Notes: a model not told the origin generated them from the sequence alone. 64,000 nucleotides of DNA from Oceanispirochaeta sp. (GCA_963663385.2 CAXXXD010000002.1:480001-544000), one strand, 5' to 3'; positions 31,626 to 42,098 are shown, counted from the first letter of the stretch. Numbers and translations are program-made.

Positions 31626-32672
31626 ATGAAAGCAGCCGTATTATACGGAGATAACGACATCCGCTTTGAAGAGTGGGAAAAGCCCTCAGCCGGTCCCGGC
31701 GAGGTTCTTGTTAAAGTAAAAGAGTCCGGTTTGTGCGGTTCTGATATCCCCCGGACCATACACAGCGGTGCTCACTTCTATCCCATCGTTCTGGGGCATG
31801 AGTTTTCCGGTGAAATCGTAGAAGTCGGCGAAGGTGTAACCGCCAGAAGTGTGGGTGACAGAATTGCCTGTGTTCCCCTTATTCCAGACAGGAACGATCC
31901 CCAGAGCCAGAAGGGAAACTACTCCCTCAGCAAGGGTTACAAGTTTATCGGTTCCCGGGTTCAGGGGGGATGGGCGGAATATGTTTCCATGCCCTGGGAG
32001 AATGCGGTTATTCTTCCCGACAGTGTGAGCTATACGGAAGGTGCCTTTTTCGAACCTATAACAGTGGCCCTGCATGCCCTGAATATCATGAACTTCAAGG
32101 GTGGTAAGGATGTAGCCATGACCGGTATGGGAACTATCGGTCTATTAACACTTCAGTGTGTCAGAGCCATGGGCGCCCGGAAGGTTACCGTATTTGATAT
32201 TGATAATGAGAGACTGGACGTGGCCAGAAAGTACGGCGCCGATCTCTGTCTGAATACCCTGGATGCGGATTTTAAAGAGAAGGCCATGGCCTTTACAAAC
32301 GGCAACGGATATGAGGTCTGTCTGGAAACGGGAGGCGTTCCCATAACGGAAATCCTCTGTATGGAACTGGCTGCTCCCAAGGGTACGGTTATGTTTATCG
32401 GAACTCCCCACAAGCCTGTAACCCTCCAGCCCAGTGAATTTGAATACATCAACCGGAAAGAACTGATTGTGACCGGTTCGTGGATGAACTATTCCGCCCC
32501 CTTTCCCGGATGGGAGTGGGAGATGGCGGTTTACCTGTTCAGTAAAAATCTGGTTAAAACGGACAAACTGATAGACCGTAAGATCCCTCTCAGCAGGGCT
32601 TCAGAGGCAATCGCGGACCTTATGAAGCCCGGTGCGGTAAAAGGCAAGATCCTGTTCGACTGTGAAAAATAA
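31626..32672 (+). CDS. Zinc-dependent hexitol(-phosphate) dehydrogenase, galactitol-1-phosphate 5-dehydrogenase-like
   Basis: GLCGSD..R, AHFYPIVLGHEFSG, FFEPITVALH, GSWMNYSAPFPG.EW. Confidence 0.85.
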   Translation: MKAAVLYGDNDIRFEEWEKPSAGPGEVLVKVKESGLCGSDIPRTIHSGAHFYPIVLGHEFSGEIVEVGEGVTARSVGDRIACVPLIPDRNDPQSQKGNYSLSKGYKFIGSRVQGGWAEYVSMPWENAVILPDSVSYTEGAFFEPITVALHALNIMNFKGGKDVAMTGMGTIGLLTLQCVRAMGARKVTVFDIDNERLDVARKYGADLCLNTLDADFKEKAMAFTNGNGYEVCLETGGVPITEILCMELAAPKGTVMFIGTPHKPVTLQPSEFEYINRKELIVTGSWMNYSAPFPGWEWEMAVYLFSKNLVKTDKLIDRKIPLSRASEAIADLMKPGAVKGKILFDCEK

Positions 32673-32698
32673 GACAAATACTATAAAGAGGTTTTTAT

Positions 32699-34006
32699 AT
32701 GAGTGCTAGAGACGAATTCCTGCAACTGATGAAAGACAATAAAGAGGGCAGGCCCAGGGGAATCTACTCCATCTGCTCCGCCCACCCCGATGTTATCCGG
32801 GCCGGTATGATGCAGGCCAAAGCCGATAATTCCATCGTTCTGATAGAATCCACCAGTAATCAGGTGGACCAGTTCGGCGGGTATACCGGAATGGTTCCCG
32901 CTGAATTTGTGGAGTATGTTAACGGTCTGGCAGAAGAGATGGACTTTCCCGGAGAGAAAATCCTCCTGGGGGGGGACCACCTCGGCCCTAACGCCTGGCA
33001 GAATCTTCCCGCCGCAGAGGCCATGAAGAATGCACGTGACCTGATTGCCGCCTATGTTAAGGTGGGGTATCAGAAGATCCACCTGGATGCCAGTATGTTC
33101 TGTGCCGATGACGAAGGGGATAGACATAAACCCCTGGCCGACGAAATCGTATCCTCCCGGGCGGCTGAACTCTGTAAAGTGGCCGAGGATACCTGGAAGG
33201 AGTTCTGCTCCGACAAGCCCAAGCCCATCTACATTATCGGTACAGAGGTTCCCGTTCCCGGCGGTGCCCAGGAAGAAGAGGAGACCGTAACACCGACTCC
33301 CGCTTCCGAGGCTGCTCATACCATGGCTGTAACAAAAAAAGCGTTTCTGGATTTGGGGCTGTCTGATGCCTGGAGCCGTGTTATCGCTCTGGTTGTTCAG
33401 CCCGGTGTGGAATTCGGTGATGATCAGGTTTTCCACTACGACAGTGCTGCCGCCGCAGACCTGAGTGCCCTGATCCACGAGGATCCCCAGTTTGTTTACG
33501 AAGCCCACTCCACCGACTATCAGAGCGAAAGCGGACTCAGCCAGCTGGTTAAAGACCACTACTGCATACTGAAAGTGGGTCCCTGGATGACCTTTGCCTT
33601 CCGGGAAGCCCTCTTTGCTCTGGAGGATATGGAAAAGGAACTGCTGGGCGGGTCAGGCAGGAACCTCTCGGGACTTCGTGAAACCCTGGAGCTGGTGATG
33701 ACGGACAACCCGGGCTACTGGAAGAAGTACTACCCCGGGACGGAGGAGCAGCAGCTGTTCAAGAGAAAGTACAGTTTCAGCGACCGGAGCCGCTACTACT
33801 GGCCCGATGCCCGTCTGGACGAATCCATTGCCCTGCTGAAGAAAAACCTGGATGAGAAGGGAATCCCTTTAAGCATGCTGAGTCAGTTTATGCCGAATCA
33901 GTACAATGCGGTGCAGGAAGGCAGGATCAAGCTGACAGCCCGGGAACTCATTCTGAACAGGATTCAGGATATTATGGGGATATATGCCAGGGCCTGCGGG
34001 TTTTAG
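32699..34006 (+). CDS. GatZ/KbaZ family protein (tagatose-6-phosphate 4-epimerase-like)
   Basis: SICSAHP, ESTSNQVDQFGGYTGM, GGDHLGPN, IGTEVPVPGG, EAHSTDYQ, YSFSDR.RYYW. Confidence 0.93.
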   Translation: MSARDEFLQLMKDNKEGRPRGIYSICSAHPDVIRAGMMQAKADNSIVLIESTSNQVDQFGGYTGMVPAEFVEYVNGLAEEMDFPGEKILLGGDHLGPNAWQNLPAAEAMKNARDLIAAYVKVGYQKIHLDASMFCADDEGDRHKPLADEIVSSRAAELCKVAEDTWKEFCSDKPKPIYIIGTEVPVPGGAQEEEETVTPTPASEAAHTMAVTKKAFLDLGLSDAWSRVIALVVQPGVEFGDDQVFHYDSAAAADLSALIHEDPQFVYEAHSTDYQSESGLSQLVKDHYCILKVGPWMTFAFREALFALEDMEKELLGGSGRNLSGLRETLELVMTDNPGYWKKYYPGTEEQQLFKRKYSFSDRSRYYWPDARLDESIALLKKNLDEKGIPLSMLSQFMPNQYNAVQEGRIKLTARELILNRIQDIMGIYARACGF

Positions 34007-34208
34007 GCACCTCCAACCACATCCAGTCTGATACGCCTCTGGAAAATCTGATCTGTCTGTTTAAAGCAGGTAGAGAATCAATCTCCTTTCCTCCTTTTTC
34101 GGAGGAGGCAGGGGAGGCCTTGTTTAAGGCTTTGCAATTTACGGTTCTGTTGATGAATAGGTTAGTCTATTCAGAGTCAGAGTTGTACCGTCAGCTGAGA
34201 GAGAATAA
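34004..34208 (+). repeat. Diverged direct-repeat copy of 43158-43360 (3' remnants of uroD-like and lipoprotein genes)
   Basis: First 57 nt identical to 43158 onward; the rest is closely similar. Confidence 0.9.
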
Positions 34209-34215
34209 AAGGACG

Positions 34216-34896
34216 TTACCGGCAAATAACCCGCCACTTGTTCAAAGCCTGTGTCCTGTTGGATACGTGGAGCTTGGAATAGATAATGGAAAGATGATTT
34301 TTGACAGTCTGTTCCGCCAGGTTCAGTTCTGTTCCCACGCTCTTGTTGTTCAGGCCTTTCTCAATCAGTTCCAGAATATCCTTTTCCCTCTGACTGAGGG
34401 TTTCCAGTATTTCATCTTCCTGTGTATTTACGGGTATATCTCTTTTCAGGAGGGGAGGCCTCTTTTTTTCCTGCCCGCCGGTCAGAAGCCTTCTGGCAAT
34501 GGAGGGGGATATCTGAATTGTTCCGGACTGGATGGCCCGGATACCGGATATTAACTCTTCGGGAGGGATGTTTTTTAACAGATACCCCACCGCGCCATGT
34601 TTGATGGCTTCATGAACATAGTCATCGTCATCAAATGTGGTCAACATCATTACTTTTATATCAGGGTATTGCTCCTGAACCTTCCGGCAGGTTTCAACCC
34701 CATCCATAACGGGCATCCGCACATCCAGAAGGATAACCTGGGGTTTTACTTCTTCAAGTTTTTCCAGGACTTCCCTCCCGTTATGGGCAATAGCTACAAC
34801 AGATATATCGGTAGTCCGCATTTCCAGTACATTACGAAGGCTCTCAACAAAGAGTACCTGATCGTCTACAAGCATTACAGTCAGTTTTTCTGGCAT
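34216..34896 (-). CDS. NarL/LuxR family response regulator
   Basis: VDDQ, LLDVRMP, LTTF, GYLLK; LSQREKDIL...TVKNHLSIIYSKL HTH. Confidence 0.95.
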   Translation of the reverse strand: MPEKLTVMLVDDQVLFVESLRNVLEMRTTDISVVAIAHNGREVLEKLEEVKPQVILLDVRMPVMDGVETCRKVQEQYPDIKVMMLTTFDDDDYVHEAIKHGAVGYLLKNIPPEELISGIRAIQSGTIQISPSIARRLLTGGQEKKRPPLLKRDIPVNTQEDEILETLSQREKDILELIEKGLNNKSVGTELNLAEQTVKNHLSIIYSKLHVSNRTQALNKWRVICR

Positions 34897-34898
34897 CT

Positions 34899-36119
34899 TC
34901 AGTGTTCCCAGGGAATTAATATGGACAATTCAAAACCGGATGGAGTATTGACGGCATGAAGGATTCCGTTTACCTTATCCAGGCGTTCCCGCATACCTTT
35001 CATACCAATGCCCTCCAATGCATTTTCCTGAGCTCCTTTGCCGTTATCGGCCAGGGATATTTTAGCATAAGATCCGTCACACCAGAACAGAATTCGTATT
35101 TCAGAACAATGGCCGTGCCGGAAAGCATTAACCATTCCCTCCTGAATCATGTGATAGACAATTTTATCTATCTCATTACCGAAACTTATAGGAGCATTCC
35201 CGTATTCAAGTATCACTTCTATGCCGGTAGAGCGGCTGAAGGTCGTTGTCAATTCATTCACCCTCTGCATAAATGATCTTACGGTTTTCTGTCCCACCTG
35301 CCGCAGTTCTCTCAGGTAGAGGCGTATCTCTTCCAGTCCCTTACGGGCAATCGTCCGGGATTTTTCAAGGAGCAGTCCCGTTTTTTCGGGATCAATCCGG
35401 GCAAAGTCCGTGGCGGATTCGGTCATCATCATAATGTTTGTCAGGGTGTAGCCGGCAATATCATGAATCTCCCGGGAGAGTCTTTTCCTCTCATTTTCCT
35501 CGGCGGATCGGCCTGCGTGGATGGCATGTTCCTGAAAATCAATATTGGCTCTGGTCAGATTTAAAACCGAGTTATCCAGGCGTTTCACCTGAAGGCTGTC
35601 CTGTTCCTGTCTGAAAAGAACCTGCCGGATATTGAACGAAAAGACATATACCGAAAAAAGGCTGATCAGCATCAGGATCTTCTCATGATTATCCGGACCG
35701 GCAACAGGCCTGTTCCAGATAACCGCATCTTTCTGTTCCAGGAAAATAAACAGAATAAGAGCCAGGGCAATCCAGGGACTGAGTTTTTTCCCGTATAAAA
35801 ACAGTTCGAAAATAAGCACTCCGCATATAATGGATTCTATATTCATATTATTCCCCAGTGGATAGCCGCAGTACCAGCACAGGATGATTTTTATAATAAA
35901 AATAGGGATCAGCAGATCTGTTTTAATGATCCTGAACAAGGGAAGCAGCAGGGACAGGAGAATGGATATATAGATAACAACAGCAAATTCAGAGGAATAG
36001 ATATAGAGGGTCCTTTCATTGATGATATTCCATTTGAAGAAAAGGAGTGCAAGAATATAAAAACCGGACAGGGATAGGGCAATGGGGAATCGGAAATCCT
36101 TTAACTTATTTTTATTCAT
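34899..36119 (-). CDS. Membrane sensor histidine kinase (HisKA_3)
   Basis: ERKRLSREIHDIAGYTLT, QEGMVNAFRH, DNGKG, GIGMKGMRER. Confidence 0.93.
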   Translation of the reverse strand: MNKNKLKDFRFPIALSLSGFYILALLFFKWNIINERTLYIYSSEFAVVIYISILLSLLLPLFRIIKTDLLIPIFIIKIILCWYCGYPLGNNMNIESIICGVLIFELFLYGKKLSPWIALALILFIFLEQKDAVIWNRPVAGPDNHEKILMLISLFSVYVFSFNIRQVLFRQEQDSLQVKRLDNSVLNLTRANIDFQEHAIHAGRSAEENERKRLSREIHDIAGYTLTNIMMMTESATDFARIDPEKTGLLLEKSRTIARKGLEEIRLYLRELRQVGQKTVRSFMQRVNELTTTFSRSTGIEVILEYGNAPISFGNEIDKIVYHMIQEGMVNAFRHGHCSEIRILFWCDGSYAKISLADNGKGAQENALEGIGMKGMRERLDKVNGILHAVNTPSGFELSILIPWEH

Positions 36120-36292
36120 ACTTTTAAAGCTTTCCTTATTCGCTAAGTACGGTACTAAAGTACCTTAAGAAAATAATAAGATTTTGTATAATAATAAGAA
36201 TATTATAACATATCGGGTACTTTAGTAACTCCTAATCTGAAAAATCCCGCCATAGAATAATGATAAATCTAGATAAGGGAGGTTCATTCTAT

Positions 36293-37588
36293 ATGAACAA
36301 AAAAAGTGTTTTATTCCTGTTGTCGATCTTCACTCTCATATTACCCGCAGTGGCCGGTGGTCAGAGTGAAGGATCTCCGGTTGATTCTTCAGAACCTGTT
36401 GTAATCAACTTTATGGCTGATAACAGAAGTGAGCTTGTAAAAATGCAGGAGCTTCTGCCGGAATTCGAAGCGGAAAACAATATCAAGGTTAACTGGATGC
36501 AGCTGCAGGAGACTCCCCTGCGATCCAAGACAGGACTGGAACTGTCTGCACCCTCAACAGATATCGATGTGATAATGGTCGATTTCCTTTTTATGAACAA
36601 GTATGCCAAAGCCGGCTACCTGGCTCCTCTGGATGAATACTTTGGCAAGGGTTCAACATTTAAGGAAAGTGACTTTCAAAGTCCCTTTATCGATGCGGTG
36701 AAATATAATGGTAAACAGTATGCCGTCCCTCTTTACCAGGATTGTAACATCCTTGTCTACCGGGCTGATCTCTATGCGAAATATGATCTGAATGTACCAA
36801 AAACCTTCGAGGAACTGGAGTATAACGCCAAAGTTATTCATGAAAATGAACCAGGTGTTGCCGGTATTACAATGAGAGGCCAACGTGGTCAGGGTGTTAA
36901 TGAATGGACATGGCCTACATTTCTCAGAGGTTTCGGCGGAACCTATTTTGATCATAACATGATGGGGAATCTGGATACTCCCGAAGCCATCGCTGCTCTC
37001 GAATATTATGCCAGTATTCTGAAAAACTATGGTCCTGAAGGTGTTGCGAACTTTTCCTATATAGAAGTCCAGACAGGTTTTGCCCAGGGAAAGGCCGGAA
37101 TGTTCATCGACTCCGCCTCACTGGCTCCCCGCTGTGAAGATCCTGCTTCCTCCAAGGTCGCCGGAAAAATCGGTTATGCAGTAGTCCCCGGGAAAAGGGA
37201 GATTCAACCCGGATTTTACTCCTGGACACTGGTTGTTCCCGAGCACTCCAAGAATAAAGAGGCAGCCGCCAAATTCCTGGAATGGATTGTCAGCCCTGAA
37301 ATTGCTCCCCGGCTTGGTTGGTCTGCCCCTAATATCGCCCTGGAAACTGTATACGATGTAGCGCCCTATGCCGGATACGATCAGTCTGAACCTCTTGTTG
37401 AAGTTATGAAAAACTCCCTCGCATTAGCCGATCCCGACTACCGTCCGAGGGTTGACGAAGCATCTGAAGTAGGGACACGTGTTTCCATAGCTATTTCCGA
37501 AGTTCTGGCTGGTGAAAAAACAGCCGAACAGGCTTTGAAAGAAGCTGACGCCGATATCGATCAGATTATGAAAGAAGCCGGATACTGA
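36293..37588 (+). CDS. Sugar/polyol ABC substrate-binding protein
   Basis: Signal with GGQSE, CUT1 SBP features (YAVP, YRADL); start after SD GGAGG. Confidence 0.9.
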   Translation: MNKKSVLFLLSIFTLILPAVAGGQSEGSPVDSSEPVVINFMADNRSELVKMQELLPEFEAENNIKVNWMQLQETPLRSKTGLELSAPSTDIDVIMVDFLFMNKYAKAGYLAPLDEYFGKGSTFKESDFQSPFIDAVKYNGKQYAVPLYQDCNILVYRADLYAKYDLNVPKTFEELEYNAKVIHENEPGVAGITMRGQRGQGVNEWTWPTFLRGFGGTYFDHNMMGNLDTPEAIAALEYYASILKNYGPEGVANFSYIEVQTGFAQGKAGMFIDSASLAPRCEDPASSKVAGKIGYAVVPGKREIQPGFYSWTLVVPEHSKNKEAAAKFLEWIVSPEIAPRLGWSAPNIALETVYDVAPYAGYDQSEPLVEVMKNSLALADPDYRPRVDEASEVGTRVSIAISEVLAGEKTAEQALKEADADIDQIMKEAGY

Positions 37589-37732
37589 TATTCGGAACCC
37601 TCTCCCCCTCGACTACGCTCGGGGACCGAGGTGATTGATAAACACAATTATTAAAACATTCCCCCTTCTCCCTTTGGGAGAAGGGTTGGGGATGAGGGTT
37701 TTCACCGGATAACTTATTGGAGAATAAAATAA

Positions 37733-38626
37733 ATGCTTAATAACAAAATACAACTGAAAGATAAGCACTATCTGGTTCTTTTTCTTGCTCCTGCGATTAT
37801 ATCGCTTGCCGTGCTGTCTTTATACCCCCTGATCTTCAGCCTGAAAACAAGTTTTTTTGGCTGGGATCTGATCAAACCCGGATCCGAGAAGAATTTTGTC
37901 GGCTTCCGGAACTATACGACGATTATAACAAACAAGGCCTTTCAGGGAGCCGTCTGGATAACCCTCAAGTATACCCTTGCCAGTGTGACTTTTGCGATCC
38001 TGGCTGGTACAGCCATGGCTTTCCTGTTTTTTCAGAACCTGAAAGGAACCTGGGTAGTCCGTACTGTGGTTATTACTGCCATGGTTATTTCTCCGGTTAT
38101 CGTGGGAACCCTGTGGCGTCTGATGTACAGCCCCGATTTTGGAATCATCAACTATGCGCTCTCCCTTGTCGGGCTGGGACCTTACTCCTTTCTGGCGGAA
38201 AAAGAGACAGTGCTGAGCTCCCTGATCCTGGTTGATGTCTGGGAATTCGCTCCCCTTGTTATGGTTATCATCCTGGCAACTCTTCAGGGAATTAATCCCA
38301 CCTTTTATGAAGCCGGCGTTATTGACGGCTGTAATGCCATACAGCTTTTTCTGCACATTACACTGCCCATGCTTAAACCGGCTCTGCTCCTGGCTCTCCT
38401 GATCCGTACCATGGACTGTTTCAGAACCTTTGATTCCATCTATGCCATGACAGGTGGAGGACCGGGGACCTCCAGTCAGAACCTGAATATTCTGATGTAC
38501 AATACGGGCTTTGAGTTTTTTCAGATATCCAAGGTTTGTGCCATGGCTATTTTGAGTCTGATCATTATTACAACAATCTGTCTGATTCTGGTTAAAAATC
38601 TGAAGGATGATAATTCGATATGGTAG
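37733..38626 (+). CDS. Carbohydrate ABC permease (MalF-like)
   Basis: FVGFRNY, EAGVIDG..ITLP, TGGGPG. Confidence 0.93.
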   Translation: MLNNKIQLKDKHYLVLFLAPAIISLAVLSLYPLIFSLKTSFFGWDLIKPGSEKNFVGFRNYTTIITNKAFQGAVWITLKYTLASVTFAILAGTAMAFLFFQNLKGTWVVRTVVITAMVISPVIVGTLWRLMYSPDFGIINYALSLVGLGPYSFLAEKETVLSSLILVDVWEFAPLVMVIILATLQGINPTFYEAGVIDGCNAIQLFLHITLPMLKPALLLALLIRTMDCFRTFDSIYAMTGGGPGTSSQNLNILMYNTGFEFFQISKVCAMAILSLIIITTICLILVKNLKDDNSIW

Positions 38627-39450
38627 AGAAAAACAGGAACTTTAAACTTGTCATTTTATATATAATTCTGCTGCTGGTGTTTATCTTTTATGCCAGTCCC
38701 ATTATCTGGATGATTTCCAGTTCATTCAAAACCGATGCGGATGCCCTGACCATGCCTCCCAAGTGGTTTTTTAAGCCCACAGGAAGCAACTATTATGAAG
38801 CCTTTTTCAACCGGGGTTTGATGGACAATTTCTATAACAGCCTGATTATTTCGGTCGTCAGCAGTCTTCTGGCTCTTGTTATCGGGACTCCAGCGGCCTA
38901 TGCCATGTCCCGTTTCAGGTTCAAAAAGAAAGAGGATCTGTTTTTCTGGTTTCTCTCTACCAGAATGGCTCCTCCCGTACTGGCGGCCATCCCCATGTTT
39001 ATGCTCTCCAGGAACATAGGGATTTACGATACGGTAGGCCTGCTGATTGTGATGAATATGCTGGTCAACCTCTCCTGGGTCGTCTGGATGATGCGCTCTT
39101 TTTTTGATGAGATAAGTGTTGAAATTGATGAATCCTGTATGGTGGACGGCTGTACCAGATTTTCAGCTCTCTGGAAAATCATTCTGCCTCTCTCCCGACC
39201 GGGACTGACGGCTACGGTTATTTTCTGTCTTATCCTGTCCTGGAATGAGTACTTCTTCGCTCTCATCCTGACAAGTGTCAACGCCACAACTCTGCCGGCG
39301 GCTATCAGTTCCTTCCTGACAGTTCATGGCCTCCTCTGGGGCCAGATGTGTGCCGCCGGAACCATAATAATGCTGCCAATCGTCGTATTTGTTTTCTTTA
39401 CTCAGAAACAGCTGGTTCGCGGTATGACAATGGGCGCTGTAAAAGGTTAG
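38620..39450 (+). CDS. Carbohydrate ABC permease (MalG-like)
   Basis: DESCMVDG, WNEYFFA, GAVKG C-terminus. Confidence 0.93.
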   Translation: MVEKNRNFKLVILYIILLLVFIFYASPIIWMISSSFKTDADALTMPPKWFFKPTGSNYYEAFFNRGLMDNFYNSLIISVVSSLLALVIGTPAAYAMSRFRFKKKEDLFFWFLSTRMAPPVLAAIPMFMLSRNIGIYDTVGLLIVMNMLVNLSWVVWMMRSFFDEISVEIDESCMVDGCTRFSALWKIILPLSRPGLTATVIFCLILSWNEYFFALILTSVNATTLPAAISSFLTVHGLLWGQMCAAGTIIMLPIVVFVFFTQKQLVRGMTMGAVKG

Positions 39451-39454
39451 GCCC

Positions 39455-40948
39455 ATGCAGAAACATATACTTGCTATCGATCTGGGAACTACAAGCTGTA
39501 AAATCGCCTTGTTCGATGAATCTCTTGTCTGTGCGGCAGAGTGGTCAGATTCCTATCATACATCCTTTCCCCATCCGGGATGGGCCGAGCAGAATCCCGA
39601 TGACTGGTGGCGTATCGTACTGAGCGGGATCCGGTCGGTAATCGTATCAAGCGGAATCGACAAAAACTCTATTTGCTCTATTGGACTCGATACAATGGGC
39701 AGTGCTCTGGTTTCTGTAGATAAAAATAATAATGTCCTTTGTCCGGCGCCTCTGTGGATGGACAGAAGGTCCGAAACCGAAGCTGATGAAATCAATGCCA
39801 TAATGGGCCGCGATTTATGGGATATCAATGGCAACAGGAGTGATCCCTCCAATGTGGCTCCCAAAATCCTCTGGTTAAAAAAACACTTGCCGGAAGTGTA
39901 TGAGAAGACGGACTGCTTTTTGCATGCCAACGGATTTCTTGCTTTGAGACTGACGGGAAACAGGTCTATGGATGTCACCGAAACCGGCCTGACCCAGCTA
40001 TGCCGTACAGCGGACAGGGACTGGGATGACAGGCTTCTACAGCTTTGTGGAATTGACCGGTGTAAATTGCCTCCCGTTGTGGAATGTCATCATATTGTCG
40101 GGGGAATCACGTCGGCCGTTGCGGAGGAAACCGGTCTCCCCGAAGGAATCCCCGTAAGCGCCGGGGCTATGGATATGTGCGCCGCAGCTCTGGGATCGGG
40201 TGTTTTTAAAGCGGGACAGGTTTATATTTCTGCGGGAACTGTGACTGCCGTGGGAGCCTGTCTCGACAAGGCGGTTTTTCATCCTGATCTGCATATCTAC
40301 CCGCATATCGTTCCCGGACTTTTTATTACCGCTGCCGGAGTGGACTACGGCGGAGCCGGACTGAAATGGTTCAAAGGGATTATGGAATCCGACGATTACG
40401 CTTTGATTGACAAGGCCGTTCTGGAAGAGGAGGAGGGAGAATCTCCTCTGCTTTTTCTGCCCTACATGGTAGGGCAGAGAGCGCCATTATGGAACAGCAG
40501 TATGACTGGAACCATCGCCGGGCTTCACCCGTCCGTAAACAAAACGGATCTTTACCGGATGTTTATGCGGGGGAATGCCTTCGGTGTACGGAAGGTTCTG
40601 AATATACTGACTGGTTCAGGATATAATATTGATCTGGTTAAAATGACCGGAGGTTGTTCCCATAGCACTCCCTGGATGAACATATTTGCAAACTGTACAG
40701 GTATCCCCTGCGAAGTTCCCGGTTCCAGTGATGTTGCTGTTCTGGGTAGTGCCATGATTGCTGCGGTCGCCTGCGGGCTGAAGTCAGACTATGATGAAAT
40801 ACTGAGGAACAGATCTGCTAAAGCCACATTCAGTCCGGATAATACAAAGGCCCGGAAGATGAGCCGGTTGTACAAAATATATGATGCCTATCTAAATGCC
40901 ATGCTGCCGATTATGCAGGCTTTGTCTGACTATAAATATAACAATTGA
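39455..40948 (+). CDS. Second FGGY family carbohydrate kinase (paralog of 28664-30166)
   Basis: IDLGTTSCK, SDPSNVAPK, GVDYGGAGLKWFK shared with the first kinase. Confidence 0.92.
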   Translation: MQKHILAIDLGTTSCKIALFDESLVCAAEWSDSYHTSFPHPGWAEQNPDDWWRIVLSGIRSVIVSSGIDKNSICSIGLDTMGSALVSVDKNNNVLCPAPLWMDRRSETEADEINAIMGRDLWDINGNRSDPSNVAPKILWLKKHLPEVYEKTDCFLHANGFLALRLTGNRSMDVTETGLTQLCRTADRDWDDRLLQLCGIDRCKLPPVVECHHIVGGITSAVAEETGLPEGIPVSAGAMDMCAAALGSGVFKAGQVYISAGTVTAVGACLDKAVFHPDLHIYPHIVPGLFITAAGVDYGGAGLKWFKGIMESDDYALIDKAVLEEEEGESPLLFLPYMVGQRAPLWNSSMTGTIAGLHPSVNKTDLYRMFMRGNAFGVRKVLNILTGSGYNIDLVKMTGGCSHSTPWMNIFANCTGIPCEVPGSSDVAVLGSAMIAAVACGLKSDYDEILRNRSAKATFSPDNTKARKMSRLYKIYDAYLNAMLPIMQALSDYKYNN

Positions 40949-40964
40949 ATAACAGGAGTTGCAA

Positions 40965-42098
40965 ATGACTGAGAGATATACACCCCGGGAAAGGGTGGCC
41001 CTTATACTGAATCATCAAGAAGCGGACCGGGTCCCTCTGGATATCGGTTCTACCGCCGGCAGTTTTACCAATACCACTTTTAAGATGTTGAAAAAGCATT
41101 TCGGGATTACCTCAGAGGATCTTGTGCCCCGGCCCGATGCCAGTGCCGCCTATTACAACGACGATCTGCTGGAAGCTCTGGGCAGCGATTTCAGACATAT
41201 TTTTCTTATGCCTCCCGATTCCTGGTCCTTTGAGCCGGATGAAAACGGGACAACCCGCAGTGAGTGGGGCATGGAAAAAAGAAAAATAGAGGGGCTGACC
41301 GAAATTGTGAGTGCTCCCCTGAAAGATGCGACAGTTGATGACCTGGCATCCTATCCCTGGCCCGATCCGGAAGATCCCGGCCGGGTACGGGGACTGAAAG
41401 AGAGGATTGAACACCTCTACAACAACACCGATTACGCCCTGGCCAGCCGGGCTGTTTCTCATGGGTTTTTCGAACTGGCCTGGGAGCTCCGGGGGATGGA
41501 GAATTTTATGGTGGATATGCTGGTGGACAGGGAGTTTGCCGAGGCTCTGCTGGATAAGACCCTTGAAATCCAGATGGGCCTGTATACGGCTCTTCTGAAA
41601 GATGCCGGTCCTTATCTTCAAGTGGTGGAAACCGCCGATGACTATGGGATGCAGACAGGTCCCCTTATGTCGGTTGAACTTTTCCGGGAGCTGATCAAAC
41701 CCAGGCGTAAAAAACTCAACGAACATATCAAATCCCTGGCGCCCAACTGTAAAGTATTTCACCATACCTGCGGTTCTGTTTTTGATCTGCTGCCGGATCT
41801 GATGGAGGCGGGGGTGGATATCCTTAATCCCTGTCAGCCTTTGGCGGCAAAGATGGATTCGGAAGGACTGAAGAAGGAGTTTGGAAACAAAATCTGTTTT
41901 CACGGAGCCATTGATGAGCAGGCTGCTCTGCCTGGTACGATCGAACAGCTTGAAGCGGAAATCGAAAAGAGAATCGATGCTCTCTCTCCGGGAGGCGGCT
42001 ACATTGTTGCCTCCACCAGTAATATACAGGATGACACTCCCCTGGAGAATATCCTGTTTTATATTAAGAAAGTAAAAGATTACGGGGTCTATAGATGA
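40965..42098 (+). CDS. Uroporphyrinogen decarboxylase (UroD/MtaA/CmuA) family protein
   Basis: TPRERV..L.H...DRVP, WELRGMENF, DDYGMQ, FHHTCG, GGGYI. Confidence 0.88.
   Translation: MTERYTPRERVALILNHQEADRVPLDIGSTAGSFTNTTFKMLKKHFGITSEDLVPRPDASAAYYNDDLLEALGSDFRHIFLMPPDSWSFEPDENGTTRSEWGMEKRKIEGLTEIVSAPLKDATVDDLASYPWPDPEDPGRVRGLKERIEHLYNNTDYALASRAVSHGFFELAWELRGMENFMVDMLVDREFAEALLDKTLEIQMGLYTALLKDAGPYLQVVETADDYGMQTGPLMSVELFRELIKPRRKKLNEHIKSLAPNCKVFHHTCGSVFDLLPDLMEAGVDILNPCQPLAAKMDSEGLKKEFGNKICFHGAIDEQAALPGTIEQLEAEIEKRIDALSPGGGYIVASTSNIQDDTPLENILFYIKKVKDYGVYR

Noticed and set aside
34120..34554. Plus-strand 144-aa ORF after gatZ
   Set aside because: Made of the repeat remnant plus antisense of the response regulator
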